From Elusimicrobiota bacterium (GTDB lineage: Bacteria > Elusimicrobiota > Endomicrobiia > CG1-02-37-114 > JAHJSO01): a stretch of DNA of 64,000 nt. This document shows, one piece after another, positions 42,044 through 52,519 of this stretch (position 1 is its first letter; every line of letters starts with the position of its first letter). Location: NCBI GenBank assembly GCA_043826435.1, contig JBDRQF010000010.1, positions 1,818 through 65,817 on the forward strand, read 5' to 3'. Made by a program: the position numbers and the translations under genes. Under the pieces are notes generated by a model. That model was not told the DNA's origin, did not search any database, and was given only the letters and a program-made list of their open reading frames with translations.

Positions 42044-42804
42044 AGCAGCGATTCAACCTTTTCCATTATTTCCTTCGGTATGTCAAAGTTTGCGTAAACA
42101 TGCCCTACGTCCTCCTGCTCCTCAAGGTCATTCATAAGGTTCAGCATCTGCTCCGCCTCTTTACCTGCAAGTTTTATGTACGACTTGGGCAAAACGGTAA
42201 CCTCTGCCTGGGCAAGTTCTATGCCGTTGCTTTCAAAACCCTTCCTAACCTTCTCCATGTCCTCAGGTGAGGTTATAACCTCATACACATCCTCGTCATC
42301 GGTCCCGAAGTCATCCGCTCCCATGTCAAGGGCAATCGCCATCAGGTTTTCTTCCCTGTCCCTATATTTTGATTTATCAAAGGTAATATATCCCTTCTGC
42401 GAAAACATCCACGCCACGCATCCGTTCTCCCCCAAGTTCCCGCCTGATTGAGAAAATATCTTCCTTACTTCGCTCGTTGTGCGATTTTTATTGTCCGTGG
42501 TTGCCTCAAGCAGGACTGCGACGCCTCCCGGCCCGTAGCCCTCGTACACTATCTCTTCGTAAGTTACGCCCGGCAGTTCTCCGGTCCCGCGTTGTACCGC
42601 CTTTTTTATGTTATCCTGCGGCATATTCGCATCCCTCCCCGCCTCAATCGCTTTTCTCAGCTGGGGGTTGTTGTCCGGGTTGCCGCCGCTGCGTCTTGCC
42701 GCAATGGTTATCTCCCGGATAATCTTCGTGAAGACCTTTCCTTTTTTCGTATCCTGCGCCATCTTGTGATGCTTTATCCCTGCCCATTTTGAATGTCCTG
42801 ACAT
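42040..42804 (-). CDS. yebC: YebC/PmpR family protein
   Basis: MSGHSKWAGIKH, YEGYGPGG, TDNKNRT. Confidence 0.96.
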   Translation of the reverse strand: MSGHSKWAGIKHHKMAQDTKKGKVFTKIIREITIAARRSGGNPDNNPQLRKAIEAGRDANMPQDNIKKAVQRGTGELPGVTYEEIVYEGYGPGGVAVLLEATTDNKNRTTSEVRKIFSQSGGNLGENGCVAWMFSQKGYITFDKSKYRDREENLMAIALDMGADDFGTDDEDVYEVITSPEDMEKVRKGFESNGIELAQAEVTVLPKSYIKLAGKEAEQMLNLMNDLEEQEDVGHVYANFDIPKEIMEKVESLL

Positions 42805-43065
42805 TTTGTTACCTCCTGACCCGCTTTCCCGGGCGATTGCTTATTATATCAAAATATTTTATCAATATCAAGTTAATTACAATACAATCTTTTGCTCTCG
42901 CATCGGTATCCCTTGCTTTTTTGAATTAAATTTTATAGAATTGTTTCCGGGCGGAGTGCGTGGCAGCGGTGGCGAAGCGTGGGAGCGGGGAGACAGGGGA
43001 GCGGGAGCGTGTTAGTAAGGAGACAGAGGAGCGTGTTAGTTGGGTGCGGGGGCGGATATTAAAAC

Positions 43066-43920
43066 ATGAATAACGCGGATAACGGCAGAACAATAATTGT
43101 CCCGTTAAGCGGGCAAAAAATAAATATTTTTATTGTCTGGAAACAGATGCTTGACGAACACATGAACAGCCGTGAACTTACCTGGCGGCTTTTTCTGCGT
43201 GATTTTCTTGCAGGGTATAAACAATCTATGTTAGGGGTTGGCTGGATAATCATTGTGCCCCTGCTGTTCGTGGGGGCTTTTATCTTTTTGAACCGCTCCG
43301 GCGTACTGAACATCGGAGAGACGTCCGTGCCCTATCCTCTCTTTGCGCTGACGGGTCTGTCCGTCTGGCAGGTATTCGCATCGGGTATTGTTGCCTGCAC
43401 AAACTGCCTAATATCAAGCGGCGGACTTATCACCAAAATAAATTTTCCGAAAGAGTCGCTGGTCTTTTCATCTCTTGCACAGACGATGCTTGATTTCATA
43501 ATACGCATTGTCCCGCTGGCTGCGGCTTTTGTTATTTTCGGGGTGTCCCCTCACTGGACAGTCCTTTTCCTGCCCCTGCTTTTAATCCCCCTGCTTTTAT
43601 TGACGCTCGGTTTGGGATTTCTTTTTTCATTGTTTAATGCAATCGTCAGGGACATCGGCAATGCGGTATCCCTTCTTATGACCTTCCTCTTGTTTGTTAC
43701 GCCCGTCCTTTACCCCGCACCCGATTCCGCAACTTTTGTTATGCTTAACCGATTTAACGTCCCCGGCATACTCGTGACGTCAATAAGGGATTTCGTCTTA
43801 ACGGGCGCTATGCCCCGGCCGCTGTCGTTCATCTGTTCCTGCATCGTGTCCGTAGCGGTTTTTGTTGTATCCTGGACGATATTCCACCTAACAGAACCTA
43901 TTGTTGCCGAAAGGATTTAA
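43066..43920 (+). CDS. ABC-2 polysaccharide export permease (Wzm/RfbA-like)
   Basis: RDFLAGYKQSMLGVGW, LITKINFP, RDIG, TPVLYP. Confidence 0.9.
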   Translation: MNNADNGRTIIVPLSGQKINIFIVWKQMLDEHMNSRELTWRLFLRDFLAGYKQSMLGVGWIIIVPLLFVGAFIFLNRSGVLNIGETSVPYPLFALTGLSVWQVFASGIVACTNCLISSGGLITKINFPKESLVFSSLAQTMLDFIIRIVPLAAAFVIFGVSPHWTVLFLPLLLIPLLLLTLGLGFLFSLFNAIVRDIGNAVSLLMTFLLFVTPVLYPAPDSATFVMLNRFNVPGILVTSIRDFVLTGAMPRPLSFICSCIVSVAVFVVSWTIFHLTEPIVAERI

Positions 43921-43932
43921 CAAGAATTAAAA

Positions 43933-44730
43933 ATGGACGCCGTCATAAAAGTTGAAAACATCTCCAAAAAGTTTTGTAAAAGTCAGGAACGCTCCATCGT
44001 CTATGGCATTAGGGACGTCGCAAAAAGGGTGCTTGGTTTAATGCCGTGGTATAACGGGGGATGGGGCGGCAGAACGTCAGGGCAAAGTGACCAATTGCGC
44101 GAAGGAGAATCGCACAAAGACGAATCGCGTAGCCCCGAATTGCGTCCAGACGAATTCTGGGCGTTAAACGGCGTCTCATTTGAATTAAATAGGGGGGAAA
44201 CATTAGGTATCGCCGGCCCGAATGGCGCCGGAAAAACTACGCTTCTAAAACTATTAAACGGAATAATTATGCCCGACGCCGGCAGGATTGAAATTACAGG
44301 AAAAACCGGCTCTCTGATAGAACTCGGCGCAGGGTTTCATTCACTCCTCTCCGGGAGAGAAAACATTTATGTTAACGGGGCAATCCTCGGGATGAAGAAA
44401 CGGGAAATAGACAAAAAGTTTGACTCAATCGTTGAGTTTTCGGGCATCAGGGATTTTCTGGACGCCCCCGTCAAGAATTACTCCAGCGGGATGTTTGTCC
44501 GCCTGGGTTTTGCAATTGCGATTCACTGCGAGCCGGATATTTTATTAATTGATGAAATCCTTGCCGTCGGTGACGATGATTTTCAGATGAAGTGTTATAA
44601 TAAACTGGATGATTTTAAAAAACAGGGCAGGACAATCCTTCTGGTAACCCGCGACCTTCATCATGCGCTGGGACTGGTGGACAGGCACATAACGCTTAAA
44701 CCACCTTCTAATTTGTCCTCAGTTTGTTAA
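43933..44730 (+). CDS. Polysaccharide ABC transporter ATPase (Wzt/TagH-like), short and possibly degenerate
   Basis: FWAL, GPNGAGKTT, LSGREN, YSSGM, IDEILAVGD; H-loop reads VTRD; no C-terminal domain. Confidence 0.85.
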   Translation: MDAVIKVENISKKFCKSQERSIVYGIRDVAKRVLGLMPWYNGGWGGRTSGQSDQLREGESHKDESRSPELRPDEFWALNGVSFELNRGETLGIAGPNGAGKTTLLKLLNGIIMPDAGRIEITGKTGSLIELGAGFHSLLSGRENIYVNGAILGMKKREIDKKFDSIVEFSGIRDFLDAPVKNYSSGMFVRLGFAIAIHCEPDILLIDEILAVGDDDFQMKCYNKLDDFKKQGRTILLVTRDLHHALGLVDRHITLKPPSNLSSVC

Positions 44731-47128
44731 GGTTTTCCTGAGCCGCTGCATTCTGCGGTTCTATCTCAAGTATCCTCTTGAATGTCTCCCTCGCTTCCTC
44801 TCTGGCGCCGCTGTGTGCATAAGCCACACCCAGATTCGCCAGCACGGACGTGTTGCCCGGGCTAAACCTCAACGCCTCCCTGTATTCAACTATTGATTCG
44901 TTAATTTTTCCCGTGGTCAACAACCCGTTCGCAAGATAAAAATGCGCCTTGAAACTTTCCGGGGATAACTCTATGAGTTTTCTTGAAAGGACTATTACCT
45001 CCTGCCATTTTTTTTGCTGTATTTTTTGCTCAACCACGCTCAAAACGTCCCCGTATTCAAGCAGTGGGTCACTCTTTACTCCCGCCATTGCCAGCGCATT
45101 TCTCAGGTTTTCCCTGGTTATATCAATTTCGGGATTCAATTCAAGGGCTTTCCTGTACGCCTTAACCGCCCCTGCATTATTACCCTTTCTCATGTAAATG
45201 AAGCCGAGCGCATTCCAGAAATCAATATTATCCGGAAACAGTTGGACCGCCTGTTCAAAAAGCGCAGCGGCCGGTTCCATAAACTCGTTAATCCTCGGCA
45301 GAAAAATGTTTCCTAATGCCTGGTATCCCTCCTGCGAGACCGGATTTATGTAAAGCGCCTGGGTATAGTTTAATATCGCCTTGTCAAGTTCGCCCATCTG
45401 GTTATAAACGGTCGCAAGGTTAAAGTATATCTCATCGTAACCGCAGTTTGCAGAAAGCGCATTGTAGTAGGACACCAGCGCCTTATCCCTGATATTCAGC
45501 CGGGCATACGAGTTTGCAAGTTCGTACTCACTGTTCACCTCACTGTTGTGGCGGTGTGCATTTTCAAGGAACTTTATTGCAAGGGACACATCGTTTCGTT
45601 TCGCTAATTTAAAGCCGGAAAAATAGTTTATCTCTCCCATATAAAAGTTATACCACCTCAGGATAAGAAACAGAAAAAAGACAATCAGAACCAGAATTCC
45701 CGCTTTGCCCTGCCCTTTCAGTTTATACTCCTTAATTTTCAGCCCGTCGTCAAGTTGTGAAAGTACGCCCATATTCCACCAGTATAAAAATGCCGGGACG
45801 CAGAAATGTATTGAAACATTCCCGAAAAAATTGTCAACAAACATTCCTACTGCTCCTGCTGTCACGACAACCGGAAAAAGTTTCTTTTCTTCAGGCAGTC
45901 CGGATGCTATCTTAAACCCGTAAACTACCATGGTTGTTAAAAACCACAGATAAAGCCCCAACCCTATCGTCCCCGTCTGCGACCATATTTCAAGGACCTC
46001 GTTGTGGGCATTGTTTGCATGGGTGCGGAACTGCCTGTAAATTTTATTGAAGAAATATTTCCCCTGGTAAAAAGGATAAAACAGTTCAAAGAGCCCCCAG
46101 CCCCTGCCGATAACAGGTTTGTCCCTGACCATATCCCAGGCGGAGGAATAAATCATAAGGCGCTGGTGGACGGGACCATAAGGTCTTGTAGCCGCGCTGC
46201 CTATTTCCGTTATACGGGATATTGTCTTGTAGCCGCCAGTGCTTTTCGGCCACAGCAAAAAACCTACTGCCATAAAAAGGGCAAGCGCCACCAGCCATTT
46301 TATCTCCCTCGCAAGGATGTCCCTTCCTTTCAAAACCAGATACGCAAAAATTATCCCGACTGCAACAAAAAGTCCCACCCACGTGGAACGGGTCATTGTT
46401 GACACAATGGCGTAAAAATAGGTCACAAGCGCAACGAGAACGATGAACCTTTTTACTTTTGAGGTGCCCGCTGACAGGTAATAATGGATGGCGACTGAAA
46501 ATAAAATCAAAAGATATGACGACATAAAGTTTGGATTGCCGAAAGTTGAAACGGGTCTGCCTCCGAATGGGTTGAGTACTTTTCCCCACACAAATTCAAT
46601 TTCAAAATATTGCAACAACCCGTAAAACGCAGCGATAAAACCCACGAAAAACAACAGACCCCACGTGGTATTAAGAAATTTTTCCTTTTCCTGCCTGTTG
46701 AAACTCACCGGGACGAATACCGCCGTTATCCAGTAAGCCATAAGCATGTTGACGAGCGTAAACATAAACTTTTTTGAACCCTCGGAGAAAATACTTGAAC
46801 GCAGGTAATCCATGCCGAAGCCGGGCAGGGCTTTGCCGTGTTCTATTGCTTCCGGGATGTGATACGACTGCCCCGCGAACTGGGCGTAAAGCCATGTGAA
46901 TGAAGCGAATATGCAAAAGGATAAGAGCGGCTTATCCAGGGGGGAAAAAATCCATTTGATTGAGCCCGACTTAAACGCTCTTAACAGGTGGACTATCCAG
47001 AAAAAAAGGATAAGGACGTTCAGGAGGAAAATCTGGAAATAATACGGGTTGCGGGTTAAATCGGTAAAAAAAACAATGGGGGGAAAAAGGAGTAATGCGT
47101 AAATAATGTACTTCTGGAAATTATTCAT
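44708..47128 (-). CDS. O-antigen ligase / oligosaccharyltransferase-like (Wzy_C) membrane protein with C-terminal TPRs
   Basis: STFGNPNF, TMTRSTW, PVIGRGWG, AHNEVLEIWSQTG, multiple TPRs. Confidence 0.88.
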   Translation of the reverse strand: MNNFQKYIIYALLLFPPIVFFTDLTRNPYYFQIFLLNVLILFFWIVHLLRAFKSGSIKWIFSPLDKPLLSFCIFASFTWLYAQFAGQSYHIPEAIEHGKALPGFGMDYLRSSIFSEGSKKFMFTLVNMLMAYWITAVFVPVSFNRQEKEKFLNTTWGLLFFVGFIAAFYGLLQYFEIEFVWGKVLNPFGGRPVSTFGNPNFMSSYLLILFSVAIHYYLSAGTSKVKRFIVLVALVTYFYAIVSTMTRSTWVGLFVAVGIIFAYLVLKGRDILAREIKWLVALALFMAVGFLLWPKSTGGYKTISRITEIGSAATRPYGPVHQRLMIYSSAWDMVRDKPVIGRGWGLFELFYPFYQGKYFFNKIYRQFRTHANNAHNEVLEIWSQTGTIGLGLYLWFLTTMVVYGFKIASGLPEEKKLFPVVVTAGAVGMFVDNFFGNVSIHFCVPAFLYWWNMGVLSQLDDGLKIKEYKLKGQGKAGILVLIVFFLFLILRWYNFYMGEINYFSGFKLAKRNDVSLAIKFLENAHRHNSEVNSEYELANSYARLNIRDKALVSYYNALSANCGYDEIYFNLATVYNQMGELDKAILNYTQALYINPVSQEGYQALGNIFLPRINEFMEPAAALFEQAVQLFPDNIDFWNALGFIYMRKGNNAGAVKAYRKALELNPEIDITRENLRNALAMAGVKSDPLLEYGDVLSVVEQKIQQKKWQEVIVLSRKLIELSPESFKAHFYLANGLLTTGKINESIVEYREALRFSPGNTSVLANLGVAYAHSGAREEARETFKRILEIEPQNAAAQENLNKLRTN

Positions 47129-47159
47129 GGAACAATTTATCTTCGCTGAAAACACATTC

Positions 47160-47245
47160 TGTCATTGCGACCACGAGCGAAGCGTGGTGGGAAGCAATCT
47201 CAATTTTAACGACGAGATTGCCACGGGCTTCGCCCTCGCAATGAC
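47160..47245. repeat. REP-doublet-like palindromic element, subfamily B
   Basis: Close reverse complement of 38804-38889. Confidence 0.88.
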
Positions 47246-47265
47246 GCTTTCTTTGCAGTGTTGCA

Positions 47266-49653
47266 TCAACCGGTCGCCGGCGGCCGTGAAAACATCTTTT
47301 GTACGTCCGGGTCATTCGGCGCTACCTCTCTCATCCTGTACCACAACCTGAGCGCATCGTCCTGTCTTTTCTGCCCGTTGTAAATAATAATCAGGTTTTT
47401 CATCGCAGATGCGTTGTCCGGCTTGTATTCAACGGCTTTCAGGTAATGCCCTTCCGCCTTTTTCATGTCGTTTGAAAGATAACTCAGGTTGCCCAGGTTC
47501 ATGTGCGTTTCCGAATATTCATGGAATCTCCTGCTGCCCCAGTCCTCCGGATAGAAGGAATGGTATATCCCTTTGTGTATTTCGCAACCTTCAGGCACGC
47601 TTTCAGCAGGCCTGCCCAGCTGCTGGGAGACCCATTCCTTCTCGTCAGTCCCGGGACGGAATAACGTCTCCTTTGTAAAGAGGTGCCTCCAGTATGTCTC
47701 CTCGGCGGACTTTGCATCACCTATCTGCAAATAAACGTACGCCAGACGGTAATAGTTAAACGCAAAAATCGGATCTATCAGATGATATTGTTCAAACTGA
47801 TAAATTGCCTTTCTGAAATTCTCCATCGCTTTGTCCATCTCATTGCGCGACTTAAAGTACTCACCTAATTTCAGGTGAACCAGCCCCGCCTGGTGGTGCG
47901 ACTGGACATAATTTGGCGCCAGTGTCCAGACATCTCTATACTGGCCAATTGATCGCTCGGGGTCAACCCTGCCTTTTTTCCCCATATCAATGCCTGTCCA
48001 TAACTCATCTGTCTCTTTATCTCCCCATTCAGGATGATATTCCCTGATGAGATGCATTCTATCATTAAAAACATTCCCCATAAAATAATGGGTCATAATA
48101 AACCCATAGTTCTTTTCAGTGACTTTATTGTAGTTCTGTAACGCCTGTGACCATTCACCTCTTTTTGAATGAAAGATTGCTATATTGTGATGAACATCCC
48201 CGATAAAGAAGCCCCTGAATTTACTTATAAGAAAAAAGGCGACCACTATCAGACAAATAAAAATAATTCTCCGCACAAAAACGGGTATCGGATTTTTGAC
48301 TGAATTTTTGTAAAACATTCCTGACTGTTGCGGGAGTGGATTGTTTATTGTAAGCGTCGCGATAAGACCCACGACCAGCCACAGCATAACCCCGGAGGAA
48401 ACAAACCTCAAAGATACACACATAAAATTCTGTACCAGCAAACCAATGAGCCCTGATAGAAAACCTAACATATAAAATGCCCGGGGGTCTTCCGCAAGTT
48501 GCTTAATTTTTCCTTTTGGCCCTGCCCTCGGTATAACTGCCTGTGAAAATGTCTTTAGACCATACCAGCCCATACTAACACAAAAAACAATAAGCCACAT
48601 AAAAAGACCAAAACCGACAATCCCTTCATCATACCAGACCTCTAAATATTCATTCTCGGGGTGGTCACTTTCTGTATTATGTTTCGCTTCAATGAAGAAT
48701 ATCTGTGGTCTGCGCCATGAAGGATAGGTAACATAAAATGTGCCAATCCCTGTGCCAAGAACAGGGTTTACATTTATCATCTCCCAGCATGACAGCCATG
48801 TATAAACCCTGAATTTCACAGAATCAAGCCGCTTCCTTATACCAAAACTTACACCAAGAATGCACACAACCACAACAACAAGGACAATCCCGCCCATTAT
48901 CTTTTTTGCCCATCCTTTTTGCATGTGGGAAAAGAAAAGTGTAAAAAGTATGGCAAAGGAAACAAAACCAAATGCAAAACCAAGCCATGCACCCTTTGAA
49001 TAGGTAAATATTACATTTACCACCACCATTAAATACAGGACTGCTAAAAAAAATTGTCTTGTCTTAATAAATAGCGCCAGTACAATTGGTCCCATAATAA
49101 CCAGAAAATCACCATAAAAATTCGGATTCCCAAAGGTAGAAAATATCCTGTTGCCGAAAGCGCCCCTCCAGATAAACGGGTCAAGTCCCCTCTCACCCAT
49201 ACCACCGGGGAAAAACCTTGTGTCCAGAATCTGAACAATCCCATAAAAGGTTGAAACAAAGGTTGCAAAGAGGAGCCATTTCATGATGAGTTTTATTTTT
49301 TCTTCCGAGTTTATCTCTTTCATCACCAGAAGTGCTATGCCAAAATACATAACTTTTCTAATGAGTTCCATCTCGCTGGCATATTTCAGGGGGGAACGCA
49401 GGTGAGAAACGACGTTTGAAAGGAGTATAAGAAGGACAGGGACAATTATAACCAGGTTCTCTTTGAAGAATTCCGTGTTCCACTCTTCCAGCAGTTTAAT
49501 AAGCCACAGGGTAAGGAGTATTGTCCCGCCGATATGAATCAGTGTTATTTTAATCTGGCAGGAATCATACGTCCGGAGGTAAAAGGATATGGCAATAAGG
49601 AAATAAAGCACCGGCAGGAAGTGTTTTATTATTTTATCCAGACGTTTAATCAT
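47266..49653 (-). CDS. Second O-antigen ligase-like (Wzy_C) TPR protein
   Basis: STFGNPNF, TYSKGAW, PVLGTGIGTF, HPENEYLEVWYDEG, TPRs. Confidence 0.88.
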   Translation of the reverse strand: MIKRLDKIIKHFLPVLYFLIAISFYLRTYDSCQIKITLIHIGGTILLTLWLIKLLEEWNTEFFKENLVIIVPVLLILLSNVVSHLRSPLKYASEMELIRKVMYFGIALLVMKEINSEEKIKLIMKWLLFATFVSTFYGIVQILDTRFFPGGMGERGLDPFIWRGAFGNRIFSTFGNPNFYGDFLVIMGPIVLALFIKTRQFFLAVLYLMVVVNVIFTYSKGAWLGFAFGFVSFAILFTLFFSHMQKGWAKKIMGGIVLVVVVVCILGVSFGIRKRLDSVKFRVYTWLSCWEMINVNPVLGTGIGTFYVTYPSWRRPQIFFIEAKHNTESDHPENEYLEVWYDEGIVGFGLFMWLIVFCVSMGWYGLKTFSQAVIPRAGPKGKIKQLAEDPRAFYMLGFLSGLIGLLVQNFMCVSLRFVSSGVMLWLVVGLIATLTINNPLPQQSGMFYKNSVKNPIPVFVRRIIFICLIVVAFFLISKFRGFFIGDVHHNIAIFHSKRGEWSQALQNYNKVTEKNYGFIMTHYFMGNVFNDRMHLIREYHPEWGDKETDELWTGIDMGKKGRVDPERSIGQYRDVWTLAPNYVQSHHQAGLVHLKLGEYFKSRNEMDKAMENFRKAIYQFEQYHLIDPIFAFNYYRLAYVYLQIGDAKSAEETYWRHLFTKETLFRPGTDEKEWVSQQLGRPAESVPEGCEIHKGIYHSFYPEDWGSRRFHEYSETHMNLGNLSYLSNDMKKAEGHYLKAVEYKPDNASAMKNLIIIYNGQKRQDDALRLWYRMREVAPNDPDVQKMFSRPPATG

Positions 49654-49728
49654 GGGTAAGTTGCTCTGATTCGTTTGATGACCGACTGCAGTGCTTTCAA
49701 CCATTTTAATAATCCTACCGACTTTACA

Positions 49729-49800
49729 AGCCGATGGGGGGACTCGAACCCACAGCCTATCGCTTACGAAGCGATTGCTCTACCGTTGAGCTACATCGGC
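49729..49800 (-). tRNA. tRNA-Thr(CGT)
   Basis: GCCGATG acceptor stem, TAGCTCA/GGTAGAGC D arm, CGCTT-CGT-AAGCG anticodon arm, GGTTCGAGTCC; no encoded CCA. Confidence 0.95.
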
Positions 49801-50045
49801 ATATATTTTTTATTTCTCGTCTGGGGATCCTTAGGGCTATATTATACCACCTTTTTCACCTTGTTTGCGTCTATAAAGTGATTCAGTTTTTCCCGACCAT
49901 TATGATAATATTTCTCTCCGGCGGGATTTATTTATTTTCAAAAATTTTAAGATGAGGGATGACAATCTCTCAGACAGTTCCTGTGTATGTGTTTTGGTTC
50001 ATCATAAACCGTGTAATCCTGTTATTCAGATAATATAATAAATTA

Positions 50046-52517
50046 TTACTTCCTTAGTTGAGCAATAGCGTCTCCGTATTTTTTTTGTATTTCTGCATTA
50101 TTGGGATTTACTCTTAGAACAAATTCATATTCATTTTTTGCTTTTTCAAACATTCTTTTGGCAAAATAAGCATCTCCAAGAAAAGCATGAGCGTTTATTC
50201 TGTTTGGATTAAGTTCTATTGAACGCACAAATGCCAATATTGCTTCATCATGCTGATTTTTAATAAGATAGAGAACCCCGAGATTAAAATGTGCTTTGTC
50301 AAAATTAGGAGAGATCTGTATTAACTGTTTGTATTCCATTAGTGCTTCATTATATTGTCCTTTATTAAAGTATATTAAACCTAAATTATTCCGAGCATCA
50401 ATATGAGATGAATTGATTTTAATGGCATTCTTATATTCTCTAATTGCAGAATCATATTGATGAATATCCTTATAGAAGTTACCAAGAATGACATATCCAT
50501 CCGCATTATCTGGTTCCATTGTAATCCCGCCTCTATAGCACTCAATTGTCTGGCTAACCGAACCCTTGTCTTTATATATATCTCCAAGTAAAAAATAATC
50601 TTCTCCTGTTACATACTTAGTTTTTATTAATTCTTCCATTATCTTAATGGCATTATTATAGTCGGTTCTATCCCTGTATAGTTTTACAAGGTATAAATAT
50701 GACTCTTTATTAAACCGTCCACTAATCTGTTGAAATTCTATTGCCTTTTTGAAATAGGTAAATGCAGAAGCGTTATCTTCTCTGTAAAAATTAATCATTC
50801 CAAGATAATAACAAACTTGTCCAGGTTTATTATTTGTTTTTATGAGTTCTTTAAACAATTTTTCAGCGGATTCGTAATTCTTCATTTCATAAAATACCAT
50901 GGCAATATTGTATCTAGCCTCCTCATATGAAGGATTTATCTTGAGTATTTCTTGAAATTGTTTTAATGCATCCTGATAAAGTTTTTTTTCGAAATATAGT
51001 ACTCCAAGATTTTCTTTAGCAGCGGTAAAATCTGGTTTGGCTTTTATTGATTTTACATATGACTCTATAGCTTTTTCTTTCATGCCTCTATTTGCGAAGA
51101 TGACACCATCATTATAATATTTTATAGACATATCTTCTACAAGAATCCTTTTATTGCTCAATATGACCAATGCAACCACCAATACTATTGTTATAGTAAT
51201 TAATTTATACTTCTTTTGCCGTATTATTTCTACGAGCCGATTAATAAAATATAAAGAAAAAATAATTAAAATTGGCACAAGAGGAAATCTATACTCAGAA
51301 CGTATAAAGAATATGAGATTGCTAACTATATACACTGAGGCATAAGCATAAATCAAAAACCAGGAAATATTCTTGATTTTTCGTATAGCGACCGTTGCCC
51401 CTATAATTCCTAAAGGAGCAATTAAACCCCAATGGAATAGAGGTATTCCTATCATTTTTTTTGCGTCTTCAATCATGAAAAGAGGATAGTTACCCGGTGC
51501 TTCAGTAGCGGTGAAAAGATATATAATTTTTCTTATTTCCAATTGAATAAATTTCAATGGGTTTTTACGAATCCATCTCAAAGATTCTCCAAACCAGTAA
51601 TCTGATACCTCGGCCCAATTATTAATTTTTTTGTTTAATCTTCTTTCCGCTTCTTGCCTAAAACTTATTTGCATTTTTTCTTGTTCAGGTAAAACAAAAG
51701 GCGGTCCATTTCCAAGTCCATCTGCATATTCGTTGTTACCAAGATAAAAATTCATCCCACCACTTGATACTGTCATTGCAAATTTTCTATCAAAATGATA
51801 ATTTCTTATTAATACTGGCAAAACTATAATAAAAGATCCAACACAAAATATTATGAAGTTACGGCAATTTTGAATAAAATAAGATTTTTCATGTAATATA
51901 AATCTATCAATTATGACGGATAGAAGCAAAAAGGGAACGAACAGGAATATATTCGGTCTAACCAAAGATGAAAATCCCATAAATATTCCAGCAAACAACC
52001 AGTATTTTGCTTTTCTTTCCTTAAAACTTAAAATAAGCATTAAAACCATCATCAAGTTTAGAAAATTTATTAATGTCGGTGAAAGGATTCTACTTTCATA
52101 AAACAAAGATACTCCATAAAACGATGCAATGATAGCAGATAATACTGCCACAGTTCTGTTTTTTGACAATTCCAAAGACAAAAGGTATACAATGACACAG
52201 GTAAATGTTCCAATAACATATTGGACCACATACACTACAAATAAATTAGTTCCAAAAATTGCAAAAAGTAATGCAACAAAATATGGATAACCCGGACTTA
52301 AAAAAAACACACCTTGACCTTTACTTAACCAATCACCACTAATAATCCCTTTTGCCCAATCCATATAATAATTATCGTCCATAATGGGAAGGTTAAACCA
52401 TGTATTGTCTCTTGAGGTAAAATAATAAAATAGACGAATCGAGAAGGCTAAAATAAATATCAGCCAGATAAATTTGTCTTTTAGTAATATTTTTAATTGA
52501 GAATTAAGTCTCTCCAA
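50046..52517 (-). CDS. GT-C glycosyltransferase (PMT/ArnT-like, GT39) with long TPR array
   Basis: MDDNYY..W, PGYPYF, RPN, SSGGMNFYLGNN, EYRFPLVP, then many TPRs; strongly AT-rich. Confidence 0.88.
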   Translation of the reverse strand: MERLNSQLKILLKDKFIWLIFILAFSIRLFYYFTSRDNTWFNLPIMDDNYYMDWAKGIISGDWLSKGQGVFFLSPGYPYFVALLFAIFGTNLFVVYVVQYVIGTFTCVIVYLLSLELSKNRTVAVLSAIIASFYGVSLFYESRILSPTLINFLNLMMVLMLILSFKERKAKYWLFAGIFMGFSSLVRPNIFLFVPFLLLSVIIDRFILHEKSYFIQNCRNFIIFCVGSFIIVLPVLIRNYHFDRKFAMTVSSGGMNFYLGNNEYADGLGNGPPFVLPEQEKMQISFRQEAERRLNKKINNWAEVSDYWFGESLRWIRKNPLKFIQLEIRKIIYLFTATEAPGNYPLFMIEDAKKMIGIPLFHWGLIAPLGIIGATVAIRKIKNISWFLIYAYASVYIVSNLIFFIRSEYRFPLVPILIIFSLYFINRLVEIIRQKKYKLITITIVLVVALVILSNKRILVEDMSIKYYNDGVIFANRGMKEKAIESYVKSIKAKPDFTAAKENLGVLYFEKKLYQDALKQFQEILKINPSYEEARYNIAMVFYEMKNYESAEKLFKELIKTNNKPGQVCYYLGMINFYREDNASAFTYFKKAIEFQQISGRFNKESYLYLVKLYRDRTDYNNAIKIMEELIKTKYVTGEDYFLLGDIYKDKGSVSQTIECYRGGITMEPDNADGYVILGNFYKDIHQYDSAIREYKNAIKINSSHIDARNNLGLIYFNKGQYNEALMEYKQLIQISPNFDKAHFNLGVLYLIKNQHDEAILAFVRSIELNPNRINAHAFLGDAYFAKRMFEKAKNEYEFVLRVNPNNAEIQKKYGDAIAQLRK

Positions 52518-52519
52518 TT

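Noticed and set aside
49909-49926. Possible att repeat of the tRNA-Phe 3' end (TTCTCTCCGGCGGG)
   Set aside because: Short, imperfect and inverted rather than direct; no integrase.
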